From Octopus vulgaris (taxonomy: Eukaryota), in NCBI GenBank assembly GCA_951406725.2, contig OX597830.1, forward strand, positions 57,474,001 through 57,538,000: 64,000 bases of DNA. The letters are read 5' to 3'. Below are positions 41,726 to 54,778 of the stretch, piece after piece. A program made the position numbers and the translations under genes. Numbering within the stretch: position 1 is the stretch's first letter; each line of letters starts with the position of its first letter. Below the pieces are notes generated by a model. The model was not told where the DNA came from, ran no database searches, and was given only the letters and a program-made list of their open reading frames with translations.

Positions 41726-41814
41726 CCGGCCTATATTTGTTTCATAGCGAGCGGAACCTCGGAAGTGGTAGATATCTAAGCGAAGTGTACACCGCAGGCT
41801 ACTCTTCAGGCCAA
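41726..41814 (-). ncRNA. Degenerate hammerhead motif
   Basis: tggc-CTGAAGA-gtagc..gcgg/ccgc..gctat-GAAAC-aaat-ATA-ggccg. Confidence 0.55.
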
Positions 41815-42154
41815 GGATATCTTCATTAAATGAAAGTTTACATTGTCGCAAGGGGGTAGAAGGATATAAGTGGCCTCGTACCATTTATATCATAGTCTTC
41901 TCCCCGCTCCCTTTATTTTTTATTTTTTATTTACATATCCATTGAAATGGTTTTAGATTTTGCCCTCAATTCAATTATAATTGACCAATTGTAAAGATCG
42001 CTGGACTTAGACCTGTCCCATTGCGAACAACAGGTAGTATTCTCTGTAATATTTCTCTAAGTACACTATCATAAGATCCCTACGGTAATATGTTGGATAA
42101 ATATTAACTAGAGCATAGGTAATGCCCTTTTATAGACATGTTAGAAATGTCCTT

Positions 42155-42210
<56 letters not shown>

Positions 42211-42712
42211 TTGCTAATTTCTTTTCACAACTTTTAAAGTATCTTGTCCTCCCCCACTTTATATTGAAATAAACTGAAAAAAATTTTTCCTTGACCATTA
42301 CTAGATCACTCTTTTACCTACAGACTTCGAAGCCCTATGATGGTAGATTGTATGTTTTTAATTTATTGAGCTTCCAGACTTCTTCTCTAGGCCGTGTTTT
42401 TCTTTCCTATTCCCTCTTCATTTTGTTTATTTGGACGCTTTTCTATTAACTCTGACTAAGCTCCGTGTTCTAGTTTGAATGTCCTATGAAAATGAAAAAA
42501 TATTATTTTCACAATTCATTGTAGGTAACGATTGGCATCGGAAGCAGAAACGGCCGTAAGAATTGTTGTGTCACATAAATGTTACGTCATGTTTTGTATT
42601 AAATAATAATAAGCTTTAGATGTAGTCCAATTGTGTTGTTTGTCGATTTTCTGATTATTTATATTATATATATATATGTATGTATATGTAACAACAGATG
42701 GATAATGTGTCA

Positions 42713-42945
42713 ATTCACTACAGCTGTTTCCAACGAATCTTCGATTGATTAATGAAGACATTACATCATTAGAAAAAACCGTTTTCAACGGGTGAATACA
42801 TGAACCACAAAAGGGTCATAGAATCATGAAGATGCACGTGCCACTGGCTTTTGAATTTTGTGGTTCATGTATTCACCTGATGCAAACGGTTTTTCCTAAT
42901 GATGCAATGTCTCCATTAATCAATTAAAAACTTGTTGGAAACCGT
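42713..42945. repeat. Inverted repeat with ~90-bp arms, each arm a degenerate hammerhead
   Basis: Minus arm attcac-CCGTTGA..GAAAC-agct-GTA-gtgaat; plus arm attcac-CTGATGC..GAAAC. Confidence 0.75.
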
Positions 42946-43691
42946 ATTTTCTGGGATGCAAATCGACGTAGAATATGATGTAAATCGACGTAGAATATAG
43001 TGTAATATAAACACTGAAATGTCATTCTTTTTCAAATTCTGCAGCATTTCACGTGGCATTTTTGATCCTTCAAAGTTGTCTTGGTGTATAAGCTGACCTA
43101 CCATTTTTCGGTCTGAAACATTAGACTTATTTGTCAGAAAATGCGATATGAATCCTAAGAAATTTTTGGATAGAAAATGAAAAGAGGTGGAGTTTGTATT
43201 CGCAATCTCTGTCATCTAATGAAGAACGTTTCAAGAAACAACATGCACAAAATCAAACACATTTGGTAATACACTGTATACATATTTCTCGTTAAATCCC
43301 GCGTTTTTGCTTGGCGTAGAATGGTTTCTCTAACTCCAAACATTTCACGAGTACTTGTCGGTTGCTGCATCAGCGCTCACCAGTAAAGACAGCAGCGTCT
43401 TTTGTTTGTTCATTTTTATCTATTTACATTTCTTTATGGCCTTAAACCAATCAATTATATAAATTTCTGTCTAGCCACTTACAAATGTGACATTTAAATT
43501 TAGTGTAGTTATGATAAATTACCTCTTGATTTCTGCTTGCCTAGAGTGAGAACAGACGACACAAATGTTACAGTTTAAAATTACAGTCACACTTAACGCT
43601 ATCCATGAACACAACATATATGTGCGTGCATCACTCTTTCTCTGTGTGTATGTGTTTGTCTCTCTCTCTTTCTCTCTCTCTCCCTCCCTCC

Positions 43692-43732
<41 letters not shown>

Positions 43733-44073
43733 ATATTTGGAATCTGCTGCACTTCGGAAACTTTATAGAAAGTATTTTTGTATTTTTATGTAAAGTACAA
43801 TACTGAACAACCAAGAGCGGATCTCTTCACTCGGCTGGGTCGTGTTATCTGCATGCACTGCAAGAATATCAAGTGCAAACACGTCTACACAGAGTTTGAT
43901 ATCCACATAATATTGTTTGGGTGTGCAAATTCGATCAACCTCACAAAGTGCCTCAATGTAAGTCCCTAATTCAACCGAATCTTAATTATACTTTTATATA
44001 TTTATATGAAGAGTTATTAATAAGGGATTATCAGTCTGGGAAAGATACTTCTCAAGCTCTCTGTTAATACACA

Positions 44074-45070
44074 CTAGCAGAATTGCCCGGCGATGCTCGG
44101 GGCTGAATTGCTTGAAAGTACTGTTAATGATTGCACTGAATTATGATGATTATTCAGGCAAATATTGATATGTTTACGGCGAATGAATGTATTTGTAAGT
44201 GTATAGAAAGCCGTGTAAAGGGGTTCCTACCCCCTCGTAGAATGGTGTAAGAATTGAATGCGAGATTGCATTGAAAAGAGCCATGTTATTGTTCTCATAA
44301 TTGTAAGAATTTGATAGTCGTGGAAGGCGGTGTAAAACGTTCGCAGGTGAATAGGGTCTCTTCGTTTTCCACGAACGGCAGCGGATATGCTGTTACAAAA
44401 CTTCATGCTGTGTTAAAAGAGAATGGATGCCGTATGTAGGCAAGAGGGGAATGAAGCATGGGTAAATAAATATGGGTAATTTATAAAATATAGAACAATA
44501 GCATCTACTCACCATATGTCAGACCGGCAAGACTGTAGTGGTGCTGAATAGATGAATCACAACACTGTGGTGGAGATGTTTTCATTGATGGGCGTTATGA
44601 TTAAATTTGTTGTTGTATAAAATGATCTGTTGCTTAGTTTCCAAAGTGTATGTTGCGATCGTGTTGTCGCTTATGTAAACTTTAACAGTGAGAGTGTAGA
44701 TGTAGGGGGTAGATGTGTCATGTACGTTGGATATAGAAGATGAAGCTGGTGGTTTGATGATGAATGGATAGAAATAGAGGTGAGTGAAGGACAGGTGTTG
44801 GTTAAGTGTGAATTAATGTCATGAAACGCCTAAAAATGTAAATGCCATCATAAAAGAGAGTCGTATGTAAGTGAAATACTAACGTGTTTGAAAATGATGA
44901 AATGTAGTAATCCTATAAAACCTCCTTGTACACAATGTTTTTTTGTTTTTTGTTGTGGACTGAATTAACAACGGAGTTGTAAGCGAACTTCTGTTCTGGA
45001 AGGAGCTTTGGCTCATTGTCGGCTATGTACTCGGCAAGCTTGTCAACATTAAAACATGTCTCACGCAGCA
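44074..45070 (-). mobile_element. Internally deleted Helitron 3' part (may extend to ~46300)
   Basis: Subterminal hairpin cccg..cggg plus CTAG-T end; RETCFNVDKLAEYIADNEPKLLPEQKFAYN joined to the RepHel C-terminus KNIVYKEVL*. Confidence 0.75.
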
Positions 45071-46589
45071 AATGTGAAGACAGAGTGTTTGTGCCTACAC
45101 ATGCCAAGTCACCACACAGTGGGACTGAACCCGGGACCATGTGTTTGGAACGTAGTTTGTTACCACACAGCCACACCTGCCCCTATGTATGTGTGTGTGT
45201 GTGTATGTGTGTATGGGTAGATATATTATGCATGTATATATGTGTACATATTACATGTACATCTATTTATATACATATACACATAAAATACAAAATACAA
45301 AGTTATATCTTGATATCGCTAGTGATAACAGTACTCAAAATATATAACAGACTGGAATTGTAGGCCTGTCTCTTGCAATTTCGATCAATTGGATCTTGTC
45401 CTCCCTCTTGTATAGAAGTGTACGGCTGCAGCGAAATTCATTTTTTTACTTTCTTCTATCGAAGGCATTTTAACAAAAATGCTTCCGTAAAGACGGTGAA
45501 AATATTATCAATTTCCCCAAACAGGGACACAATTCAATTTTTAAACAATAACCAAAGCCCCTTCTCCGAAAGGGGGAGGGTTACGGTTTACAATTATTTA
45601 CCAAATGCAACACAACAACGTTTCCCTGACGAGGAACCAACAATTACAATTTTTGCAGTTTCATTTCTAAAGATGGACGAATTGACGCTGTCTTTCGGCG
45701 ACCGTATCTTCTAGAATGGAACACTCTTCATGTTTCCACCAAACACAAGTGTAACATCAACAGAGTGTAGGGCTGTGGTGGGCCGGAGGTATAGAGACAT
45801 TGAACAAAGGGCCGAGGGTTCTGGCGGGAAGGAGAAAAGCGAAGGCGGTCATGTGCGCGGGATCATGACTAGCGTGGGTCTCTTTTGCTTTGGGACGGTC
45901 GCTCGGGATAGATGTGGTGGTCACATGAATTGAGGGAATTTGTCGTTCGGTTTAGGCCGGAGGTTAGGCGGGTGGGGCTCCCACGGATATAACCCGACTC
46001 GAAAGGATTGACGTTACGAGCTGGATGAATTGTAATTTTTGTCACCATACAATTCTGAGTAATCATATTAGCCTTTCTGTTGTTTAGTGCCGAATCTTGT
46101 ATGAGTCAGATGACGAAAGTTCACGTATTTATGATGAAATATCTATGTCAGCCAATAAAACCCTATTTTATCCAACCCAACCTTGTTATGATATTCAAAT
46201 ATCTCCACTGTATTCCAGTTACATACAATTTTTTATATTCCATTTTTGTTCATAAACGGCTGATGATCAGATGTGAAAAAGTTTTGTGTAACGGTTTGTG
46301 AAATTTTAGCTTCCAGTTACATAAACATATACAGACACATGCACTCATAGAACACATATAGATATGTGTATGTATCTATTTGTGTGTGTGTGTATGTGAG
46401 GATGTTTCCGTATATGTGTAAACATATACATGTGTGTATATACGTGTATGTATGAGTGTTTTTGGTACAGTAAAAGATTCACTTTTTGACCGGGAAATTA
46501 TCGTTCACTTTCACTTTCCTACGGCTCTCGATACGAAACAACGCTAAGACGTCACTTTTAACTGAATATGTTAATTGGCTTCAGATGGT

Positions 46590-47273
46590 TTGAAATTTTG
46601 GCACAATACCAGCAATTTCAAGGAAGCGGTTAACTCGATGACATCGACACCAGTGCGCAACTGGTACTTATTTTATTAACACTAAAAGGATGAAGGTCAA
46701 AGTCGACCTCTGAAGAATTTGAACTCAGAACGGAAAGACGGACGAAATGCCGCTAAGCATTTTGTCCGGAACGGTAATGATTCTGCCAGCTATTAACTTA
46801 TTCTGTTAATTGAATTCTACAATAATGTTGAGTAAAATTGAACCTGAAACCACCCGGTTACAAAGCGACATCTTTAACCATACGATCAAATGTGCTCCTA
46901 TAATGGCCGCATGGTTAAGAAACTGACTTTGCAACCGCGGCACCTTGCGCAAGTATCTTCCACGATAGCCAGGATCCAATCAATGTTCTTGTGAATGACG
47001 TTACAAGACAGAAATTGTGCGGAAGCCTGTCGTGTGTGTGCGTGCGCGCATATTCTTTTATTCTTGTACTTGTTCCAGTCATTTGACTGCGGTCATGCTG
47101 GAGCACCGCCTTAAAGGGTTTCTAGTAGAAGAAATCGACCCCAGGACTTATTCTTTGTAGGCCTATTAATTTTTCTGTCGGTGTCTTTTGCCGAACCGCT
47201 AGATTATGGCATCATAAACACACCAGCATCGGTTGTTGAGCGATAGAGGAAGGAAAAATACACAGACAGACAC

Positions 47274-47280
<7 letters not shown>
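46590..47280. mobile_element. Cluster of SINE fragments in both orientations
   Basis: Matches to the other SINE copies in the window. Confidence 0.75.
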
Positions 47281-47323
<43 letters not shown>

Positions 47324-47439
47324 CTGGTGAAGGTCAGTTTATGGGATTACCCTGGGTTACCATTGCATACAGGTTTTCACTTTATAGCGTATCGTCAAAC
47401 CCCAAGATCTGTTGGTCTATGACCTCTTTAAAAGCGATA

Positions 47440-47502
<63 letters not shown>

Positions 47503-47515
47503 GACGGACTTCTTA

Positions 47516-47566
<51 letters not shown>

Positions 47567-47774
47567 ATGTGTGTGTGTGAGTGTGTGTATGTATGTATGT
47601 ATGTATGTATGTATGTATGTATGTATATAAATTAGAGAAGAACCACCATGTAGCAATTCAACAATGATATACTTAAATCATACCATATAGAAAAAAATTT
47701 AAGATATGATAAAACATTTGCCTAGGACTAAATTAAGTACGAAATAATAAATAAATAGTATATAGTTAGTAAAT

Positions 47775-47857
47775 AGACTACACGTGTTTCGTGGTAATAT
47801 TTTCAAACTGATAACAGTAAGATCAATTCAATTTAAATATAGTCACTCATCAGGTCC
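47775..47857 (-). ncRNA. Type-I hammerhead ribozyme with intact core
   Basis: ggac-CTGATGA-gtg..cac-GAAAC-acgt-GTA-gtct. Confidence 0.85.
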
Positions 47858-48047
47858 AAGGTAAAAACAATAAAATAATTAAATAAATGTACGTGTATTA
47901 TCTAATAAGAAAGTATAAATATATATAAAAATACGTAATTTTTCAATTAAAAAAAATCAAACAAAAATTCAACAATAAAGCAAAAACACAATTTTTTTTT
48001 AATCTTGTGAATTAACGTATTACATATAGCTTCATTTAATGTATATT

Positions 48048-48092
<45 letters not shown>

Positions 48093-48470
48093 CTTTAATT
48101 ATTTTTGTTTTAATTACTTGTATTTTAATTTTTCCAGTAATGATATACTATAGTTTGGTATTTTTTCTCTTCAATAAGCTTAAATATATTTTCATAGATG
48201 AAATAAATATTTATATCTATTTATTCTAGTTTTATTTACACCACGTTTTTAACGAGATAAATTTATTATAAAAACTAAGTCCTACGTATTGAGTTTAAAT
48301 ATTTTAGTTAACAGAATATATTTAATAAGATATTTTTTTTTGCTTTAAGATATATTGTTGAATTTTTGTACGATTTTTTTTATTGAAAATGACGTATTTT
48401 TATATATATTTATACTTTCTTATTAGATAATATGCATACATTTATTTAACTATTTTATTGATTTTATCTT

Positions 48471-48553
48471 GGGCCTGATGAGTGACTATATTTAAATTGA
48501 ATTGATTTTACTGTTATCAGTTTGAAAATATAGCCACGAAACAAGTGCAGTCT
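48471..48553 (+). ncRNA. Type-I hammerhead, cleavage triplet changed to GCA
   Basis: gggc-CTGATGA-gtgactatattt/aaatatagccac-GAAAC-aagt-GCA-gtct. Confidence 0.75.
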
Positions 48554-48783
48554 ATTTACTAACTATATACTATTTATTTATTATTTCGTACTTAATTTAG
48601 TTCTAGGTAATTGTATTCTCGTATCTTTACTTTTTTCTATATGGTATGATTTAATTATATCATTGTTTAATTGCTAGATGGTGGTTCTTCTTTAATTTAT
48701 ATATATATATATATATTATATTTTGAAATTTGATTTAGTATTACTAAATTGAATTTTTCCTGTAAGTTTGGAATCATATTCCC

Positions 48784-48873
<90 letters not shown>

Positions 48874-48879
48874 TATACA

Positions 48880-48947
<68 letters not shown>

Positions 48948-48953
<6 letters not shown>

Positions 48954-49540
48954 TAACAATAAAGGGTGAAATTAATTAATTTGAAATAATTATCAATTAC
49001 ACCAAGTAGGTTTCGGCGTGTAAAAGCCCCTTAATTTCACCCTTTATTGTTACTGATAACCATATTTTATCCCAGTAAATGACCACAGCATTTTGTCTTG
49101 GCTACACGCGGGTGGAAGGGGGCTGGTGACACAAACTTTCATTCACACTTTGAATTTCGTGGTACTGGTCATGCTTTGGCTCGCTCTGACACTGAGTTGA
49201 GATAATGCCTTCTAGTATCTCAAAATTTAATATACAATTATTCATAATTGTAGTATCCTGCGCCGATGAGAAAAGAAGTTTGGGTAAGGTAGAATTTTCT
49301 AATTCTTATGCTTTCCTAAAACTTGATTTCGAAACGTACGTCCGTAGGTAACTTAAAATTGTATGATAGATTGCCGTCATTTCATTCTTTCTTTCTTACC
49401 TGTCTGTGTTTGCCTTTCAAGTGCTGTGTTTTTGCTGAGATCCCCCTTTTAGTAGAAGGAATAGCTATACCTCTTTGACTGCTATTTCTAAATTCGGTGT
49501 GTTGGTGAGGCAATTCGTTGCTAAACCCTTAATTACTTAG
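48948..49540 (+). mobile_element. Penelope-like mini-element in (TA)n with a 5' inverted repeat
   Basis: 28-bp perfect IR 48948-48975 / 49031-49058; internal hammerhead. Confidence 0.7.
49257..49348 (+). ncRNA. Type-I hammerhead ribozyme
   Basis: cctgcg-CCGATGA-gaaa..tttc-GAAAC-gtac-GTC-cgtagg. Confidence 0.85.
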
Positions 49541-49571
49541 TATATATATATATACATATATACATATATAC

Positions 49572-49623
<52 letters not shown>

Positions 49624-49764
49624 TTGTGTGTGTTTGTGTATATATATATATATATATATTCCTGGTGAAGGTCAGTTTATGGGGTTACTCGTGCATACAG
49701 GTTTTAACTTTATGGCGTATCGTCAAACCCCAAGATCTTTTGGCCTACGACCTCTTTATAAACG

Positions 49765-50405
49765 ATGATGTGGTCGATGACAGTACCACCTGATTGGCGC
49801 TCGTGCCAGTGGAACGTTGAGAACACAATCGAACGTGGGGTGTAACCGGTCCACTTATGAGTACCCGTCATTCATTGGACAATGAACATTGCTTGCGAAG
49901 ACCTATTGGGGCAAGTGTAAACAAATCAAAATCGCTGACGTGGCCGATGGTAGTACCACCTGATTGGCACTCGTGCCAGTTGAACGTTAAAAGCACATCC
50001 GAGTGTGGTCGTTGCCGGGGCCACGGATTGGCTCCCATGCTGGTGACACGTGAAAAGCACTATTCGAGCACGATCATTACCGGCACATGTGCCGGTGGCA
50101 CGTGAAAAACCACATTTGAGCGTGGTCGTTGCCAGTGCCGCCGGACTGGCTCCCGTGCAGGTAGCATGTAAAAACAGCTTTTCAGCATGGTCGTTGCCAG
50201 AACCGCCTGACTGGCTCCCGTGCCAGTGGCACATAAAGAGCACATACTACACTCTCTGAGTGGTTGGCGTTAGGAAGGGCATCCAGCTGTAGAAACACTG
50301 CCAGATCAGATTGAGCTGGAGCAGCCTCTGGCTCACCAGTCCTCAGTCAAACCGTCCAACCCATGCCAGCATGGAAAGCGGACGTTAAATGATGAGGATG
50401 ATGAT
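49765..50405 (+). mobile_element. RTE-tailed non-autonomous retroelement with ~6 diverged modules
   Basis: Repeated cgtgccagtggcac..aaaagcac..gagcgtggtcgttgcc; 3' end ggaaagcggacgttaaatgatgag. Confidence 0.85.
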
Positions 50406-50440
50406 ATACATATATATACGACGGGCTTCTTATATATATA

Positions 50441-51690
50441 CTAGCAGCTAAGTCCGATTTCACTCGGTCTGTTTGGATGATGTGGCTGTGATCGTTTCCG
50501 GTTAGGCATAATCTATAACAGCGTTTTTCAACCTTATCATTTTGGGTTCCCTGTTTCGATTGGAGCCGCCAGCTGTATAAAAATTTCCTGATCCCCGCCC
50601 CTTGTCAGAAAACAGCTTCAGGTGTTGTGAAGAAAGAATTTGGACATAGTCTGTTTCTGAGAGCTATTCTATTGGACCTCTGTCTAATCACGTCTTTTAA
50701 GGCACACGCACATACATAGAAAATGTGAGGTCATGGTAGAAAATTCTTACGATAGTTGATTTATGGAAAAGATTATGTTAAATTTTTGAATGAAATATGT
50801 GAATGAAAATGAAGTTCAGACCTTTACATGGCAGCTAGACCTGGTAGAAATAGCAGGCAAATCTCCCTCAAAACACCCTTACTGTCTTAAACCGACAATT
50901 CTGCTTATTAAGTAGTTTGAATGAGAAACTATAACTAAAGATGAAGATTAACCCCACAAAGAGGTGAAAGAAGAGAGACAGCTTAGCGAAAGTTTTGGCT
51001 GATTGTCATCCTGTACTCCCGCTGTTGCTAGCGAAATGGTATATGCCGGTTGTGTGAGCAACTGGTTGCTTTAATGGCGGAACAAACAAGGGAATTCCAT
51101 TAGAAAAAGTTTTAATCGATTTTCTCGTTAAGTATGGGGGCTAAGAAAAAAATACAAGATGCATTAAAAAGTTGACATCAAGAATTGCTTTAACAGTTAG
51201 AAAATGCTTGACATTTCAATCATCACCAAAAAATGAAGCTGTAAGAATTTACGGGGAAATTGTAAGAAGTAAAGCAGGAATGATTCTGAACTGTTCTACC
51301 AAAGTTCTGCAACTTAATAGAAGACGTATCCAATTTAAGAAAAGTGAAGATAAAAGTGGAGAAGTATGGAATAAGTCGTTCTTATACGCTTATAGAAAAA
51401 ATTGACGCGTAGCTTTTTAGAGAACAGAATGTAGCTGAGAGATATTGCACTGGACCTCTGTCTATTCAGGGAGCAGAAATTGAAAGAAGATATATGAAAT
51501 GGACGCGCGCGCGTGTGTGTGGGTGTGTGGGGGGGTGTCTGTGTGGGTGTGGGTGTGTGTCTGTGTGGGTGTGGGTGTGTGTGTACAGGTTCTGAGAGAA
51601 TAAAATACATCAAAGTAATGAAAATTTCCCAGGGATATCTTCCGCAGGAAAGAAAGCATAGTTAAGTGTGAGGGGCCAAACGTTCTTAAC
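50441..51690 (-). mobile_element. Non-autonomous Helitron-like element (extent uncertain)
   Basis: a-ctagc..ccga..tcgg hairpin terminus. Confidence 0.4.
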
Positions 51691-51699
51691 ATCATTTAT

Positions 51700-52110
51700 C
51701 TTTTATTTGTTTCGTTAATTGCCCTGCGGCCATGCTGGGGCACACCTTGAAGGATTTAATGGAACAAATCGATCCCAGTTATTTTTTTCCTAACATTTGG
51801 TACTTATACAATCGCTTGTTTTTGTCTTTTATTTTGCCTAATCACAATGTTACGGGACATAAACAAACCAACACCAGTTGTCAAGCAGTGATAGATGATA
51901 TGCACAAGCACACACACATGCACACACACATATACATACACACACACACACAGAAATACAAATACACATCCATACACACACACACACATATATATATATA
52001 TACACATGAAAGGCTTCCACGTAATTTCCGTCTAACAAATTCATTCATAAAGCATTGGTGGGCCAGGGCCTATATCGGAAGACACTTGTCTAAGTGGGAC
52101 ACAACCTGAA
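51700..52110 (-). mobile_element. SINE
   Basis: Collinear with 58205-58588. Confidence 0.8.
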
Positions 52111-52159
52111 GGGTCCTGCTCACTGGATAATAATGATCAAGAAAAATGAATCGTTTGAA

Positions 52160-52256
<97 letters not shown>

Positions 52257-52514
52257 GCGTGTACCCTCGGTTGGGTATTCCGCAGGGAGACGTGTTATAT
52301 ATTTCGTGGCGAAATCGATGTCAGAGAAGAATTGCTTACGTCAGCATCACAGGCGAGAGAGGCATTCTCTCATGTATGAGCGCATCGTCCACCTGTAATT
52401 AGTTTGGCGAGCTTTATCTATCGTTTGCCTTCCTCTCTCTCTTTCTTTTTCCCCTATCTGTCTCTCTAGTTATCTTGTTTTAGCTTTGTTTCTGTCTTTA
52501 TCGCCTATTGTTCA

Positions 52515-52595
<81 letters not shown>

Positions 52596-53038
52596 CAGTT
52601 GAACCATATATAAAGTGGGAAGCCAGCTGATGTGTGGTGGTAGTTAGCAAGGATACGCGACCTTGAACACCGACAGCACCATTAACATAAGAATAACAGC
52701 TGTGGTTACTCATCAGCAGCAAACAGTAACAGCAGCAGCGGCGGCGGCGACGATCAGCATTATTAATATCAAGAGGGAGAAGAACGTCCAGGCAGTGTTG
52801 AAAGGAAGAGAAGCTGGGAGCAGCAGCCATTCGGTTATCGCAACATTGTTTTCATTCAGTATTTTCTTCGACGTCTCTATTCAGGTGACAATATATCCAA
52901 CCAACCTAATAAATAATTTGACCACGGCTACGCTCGGCTACTAACTACCACTTCAAAACTGTCATCGTCTATTTAGCATCGGTGAAGCACCATTCATATA
53001 AATTTCTCTATCGTCAAAGCGAAATTCCAGCGTCAATC

Positions 53039-53235
53039 ATGAACAAGGTGGCTGTTATCGGTCTCGGTGCTTCGGGTCTGTGTGCCCTGAGGCATTTGAC
53101 AGCAAGACCGAACGTTTTCCAAGCCGTTGCTTTTGAGCAGAATTCCGAAGTTGGTGGAACATGGCTTTATACTCCTCGAATTCACAAGCATGACAATGGT
53201 GTCCGCGTCCATTCTAGTATGTACCAAAATCTCAA
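53039..53235 (+). CDS. First coding exon of a flavin-containing monooxygenase (FMO GS-OX / senecionine N-oxygenase-like)
   Basis: MNKVAVIGLGASGLCALRHL..FEQNSEVGGTWLY..HSSMYQNLK: GxGxxG FAD motif, GGTW and SSMY motifs; donor aa|gtgagt; exon 2 not seen in this window. Confidence 0.93.
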
Positions 53236-53742
53236 GTGAGTACACATTTTACTGATTTCTTTTTAAGTGTTATCTTTATTTTCTTCTGTCATTATTTTAA
53301 CCCTGTTCGGAGATGAAGTATTTTCTGCCTATATTGTGCGAAATGCGGCACCTACGTGTTCACTCGTATCACTAGAAATAACAACTAAATCTCCCTTATC
53401 AAATCTTAGTAAAGAATATGTTCAATAATGTGGTCCTGAAATTACTGTGCCTAGAAAAAAGGCGGGATGGTCATGGCTAAAGTGCTTACGTCTGTTCCAT
53501 CAGGGCCGGTTTAGAGTTATACACTAACAACCGATACATCAAACGGAGGCACTCGATTTACTAGAAATAATAGTCAAATCGCGTGTAAATTATAACGAGA
53601 AGAATAATTGGATATAAGTAATCTTTCGAACTCTGTACATATAATATGGCAGACAAGAGTGGAAAGAAACTGCATCGATAGAAAGTGAACGTCTGTAAGT
53701 CGACTGATGTAAGCATGGACATGTGCGCGCGTGTGTGTGTAT

Positions 53743-53795
<53 letters not shown>

Positions 53796-54539
53796 AGTGT
53801 GTGTGTGTATGAGTGTGTGTGTGTGTGTGTGTCCCCTCGTACTGTAGATCAACATTTATTTCACTCTTTTTTCTATCTTCACTCACAAAACAGATTAATA
53901 ATTTTAAAAAAGAAAGAAATATTAAAATAAAATTTATCCAGCACATTTTAAAATTCAGGCCTTTATTATCGGTTTTTAACAATTTTTTGCCTATTACTAT
54001 CGATTACCTATTTCCTTTTCATGTCCATGTTTCTTTTCTTTCACTCTGTTAAATGTACAAAGTTCGAAAGATCGACAAACAACGCAGCCCTTGGTATCTA
54101 TGCCGGAAAGTAACGTAGGCCTGGTCCCTATAGCTGAAGGGAATAACAGAAAAAGAAAGGAAAAGGAGCTAACCCACTCTGGGATGGTTTCGATCGTGGA
54201 TGCTCTAGATGCACAGCTGATAAGGACAACAAATGGCGACTGTTTTATGGGCCGGAGAACGATGAGAAGATATTGCCTGGTCGGTATTCGAACCCTGACC
54301 ACCAATGGAACAATGACCCCGGACAGCGATTGATCTCACACTCCTTGTCCTCGTCATTAAACTGATTTCTGCGTCACTCTTATATAATTGCTGTCCAAAC
54401 CTCGGCACAGGATTGATTCATTAATTAATTGGCACAGATTAATTATTTTCTTTATTCATTTACCTCTTTCGTTCTATTTTATTTCATACATTTTTGACTG
54501 TGAGCAGATGACAAAAGTCAACAGAAGCGGATCCAACAA

Positions 54540-54572
<33 letters not shown>

Positions 54573-54739
54573 TCTCTTTCTCTATACACATACACGTACA
54601 TACACACACACACATATGTATATATACATACATTCACACATGCATACATAGACATATAATGCATGCATTTGTGTATGTATATATATGTTTGTATGTGTAT
54701 ACATACATACATATATATATACACACACATGCATATATG

Positions 54740-54778
<39 letters not shown>

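Larger units (their letters stand above)
47626..48702. mobile_element. Penelope-like fold-back element with inverted ~350-bp pLTR-like arms
   Basis: 47626-47980 is the reverse complement of 48342-48702; flanked by microsatellites. Confidence 0.85.

Noticed and set aside
54262-54345. HDV-like ribozyme
   Set aside because: P1, P2 and P3 pairings could not be completed
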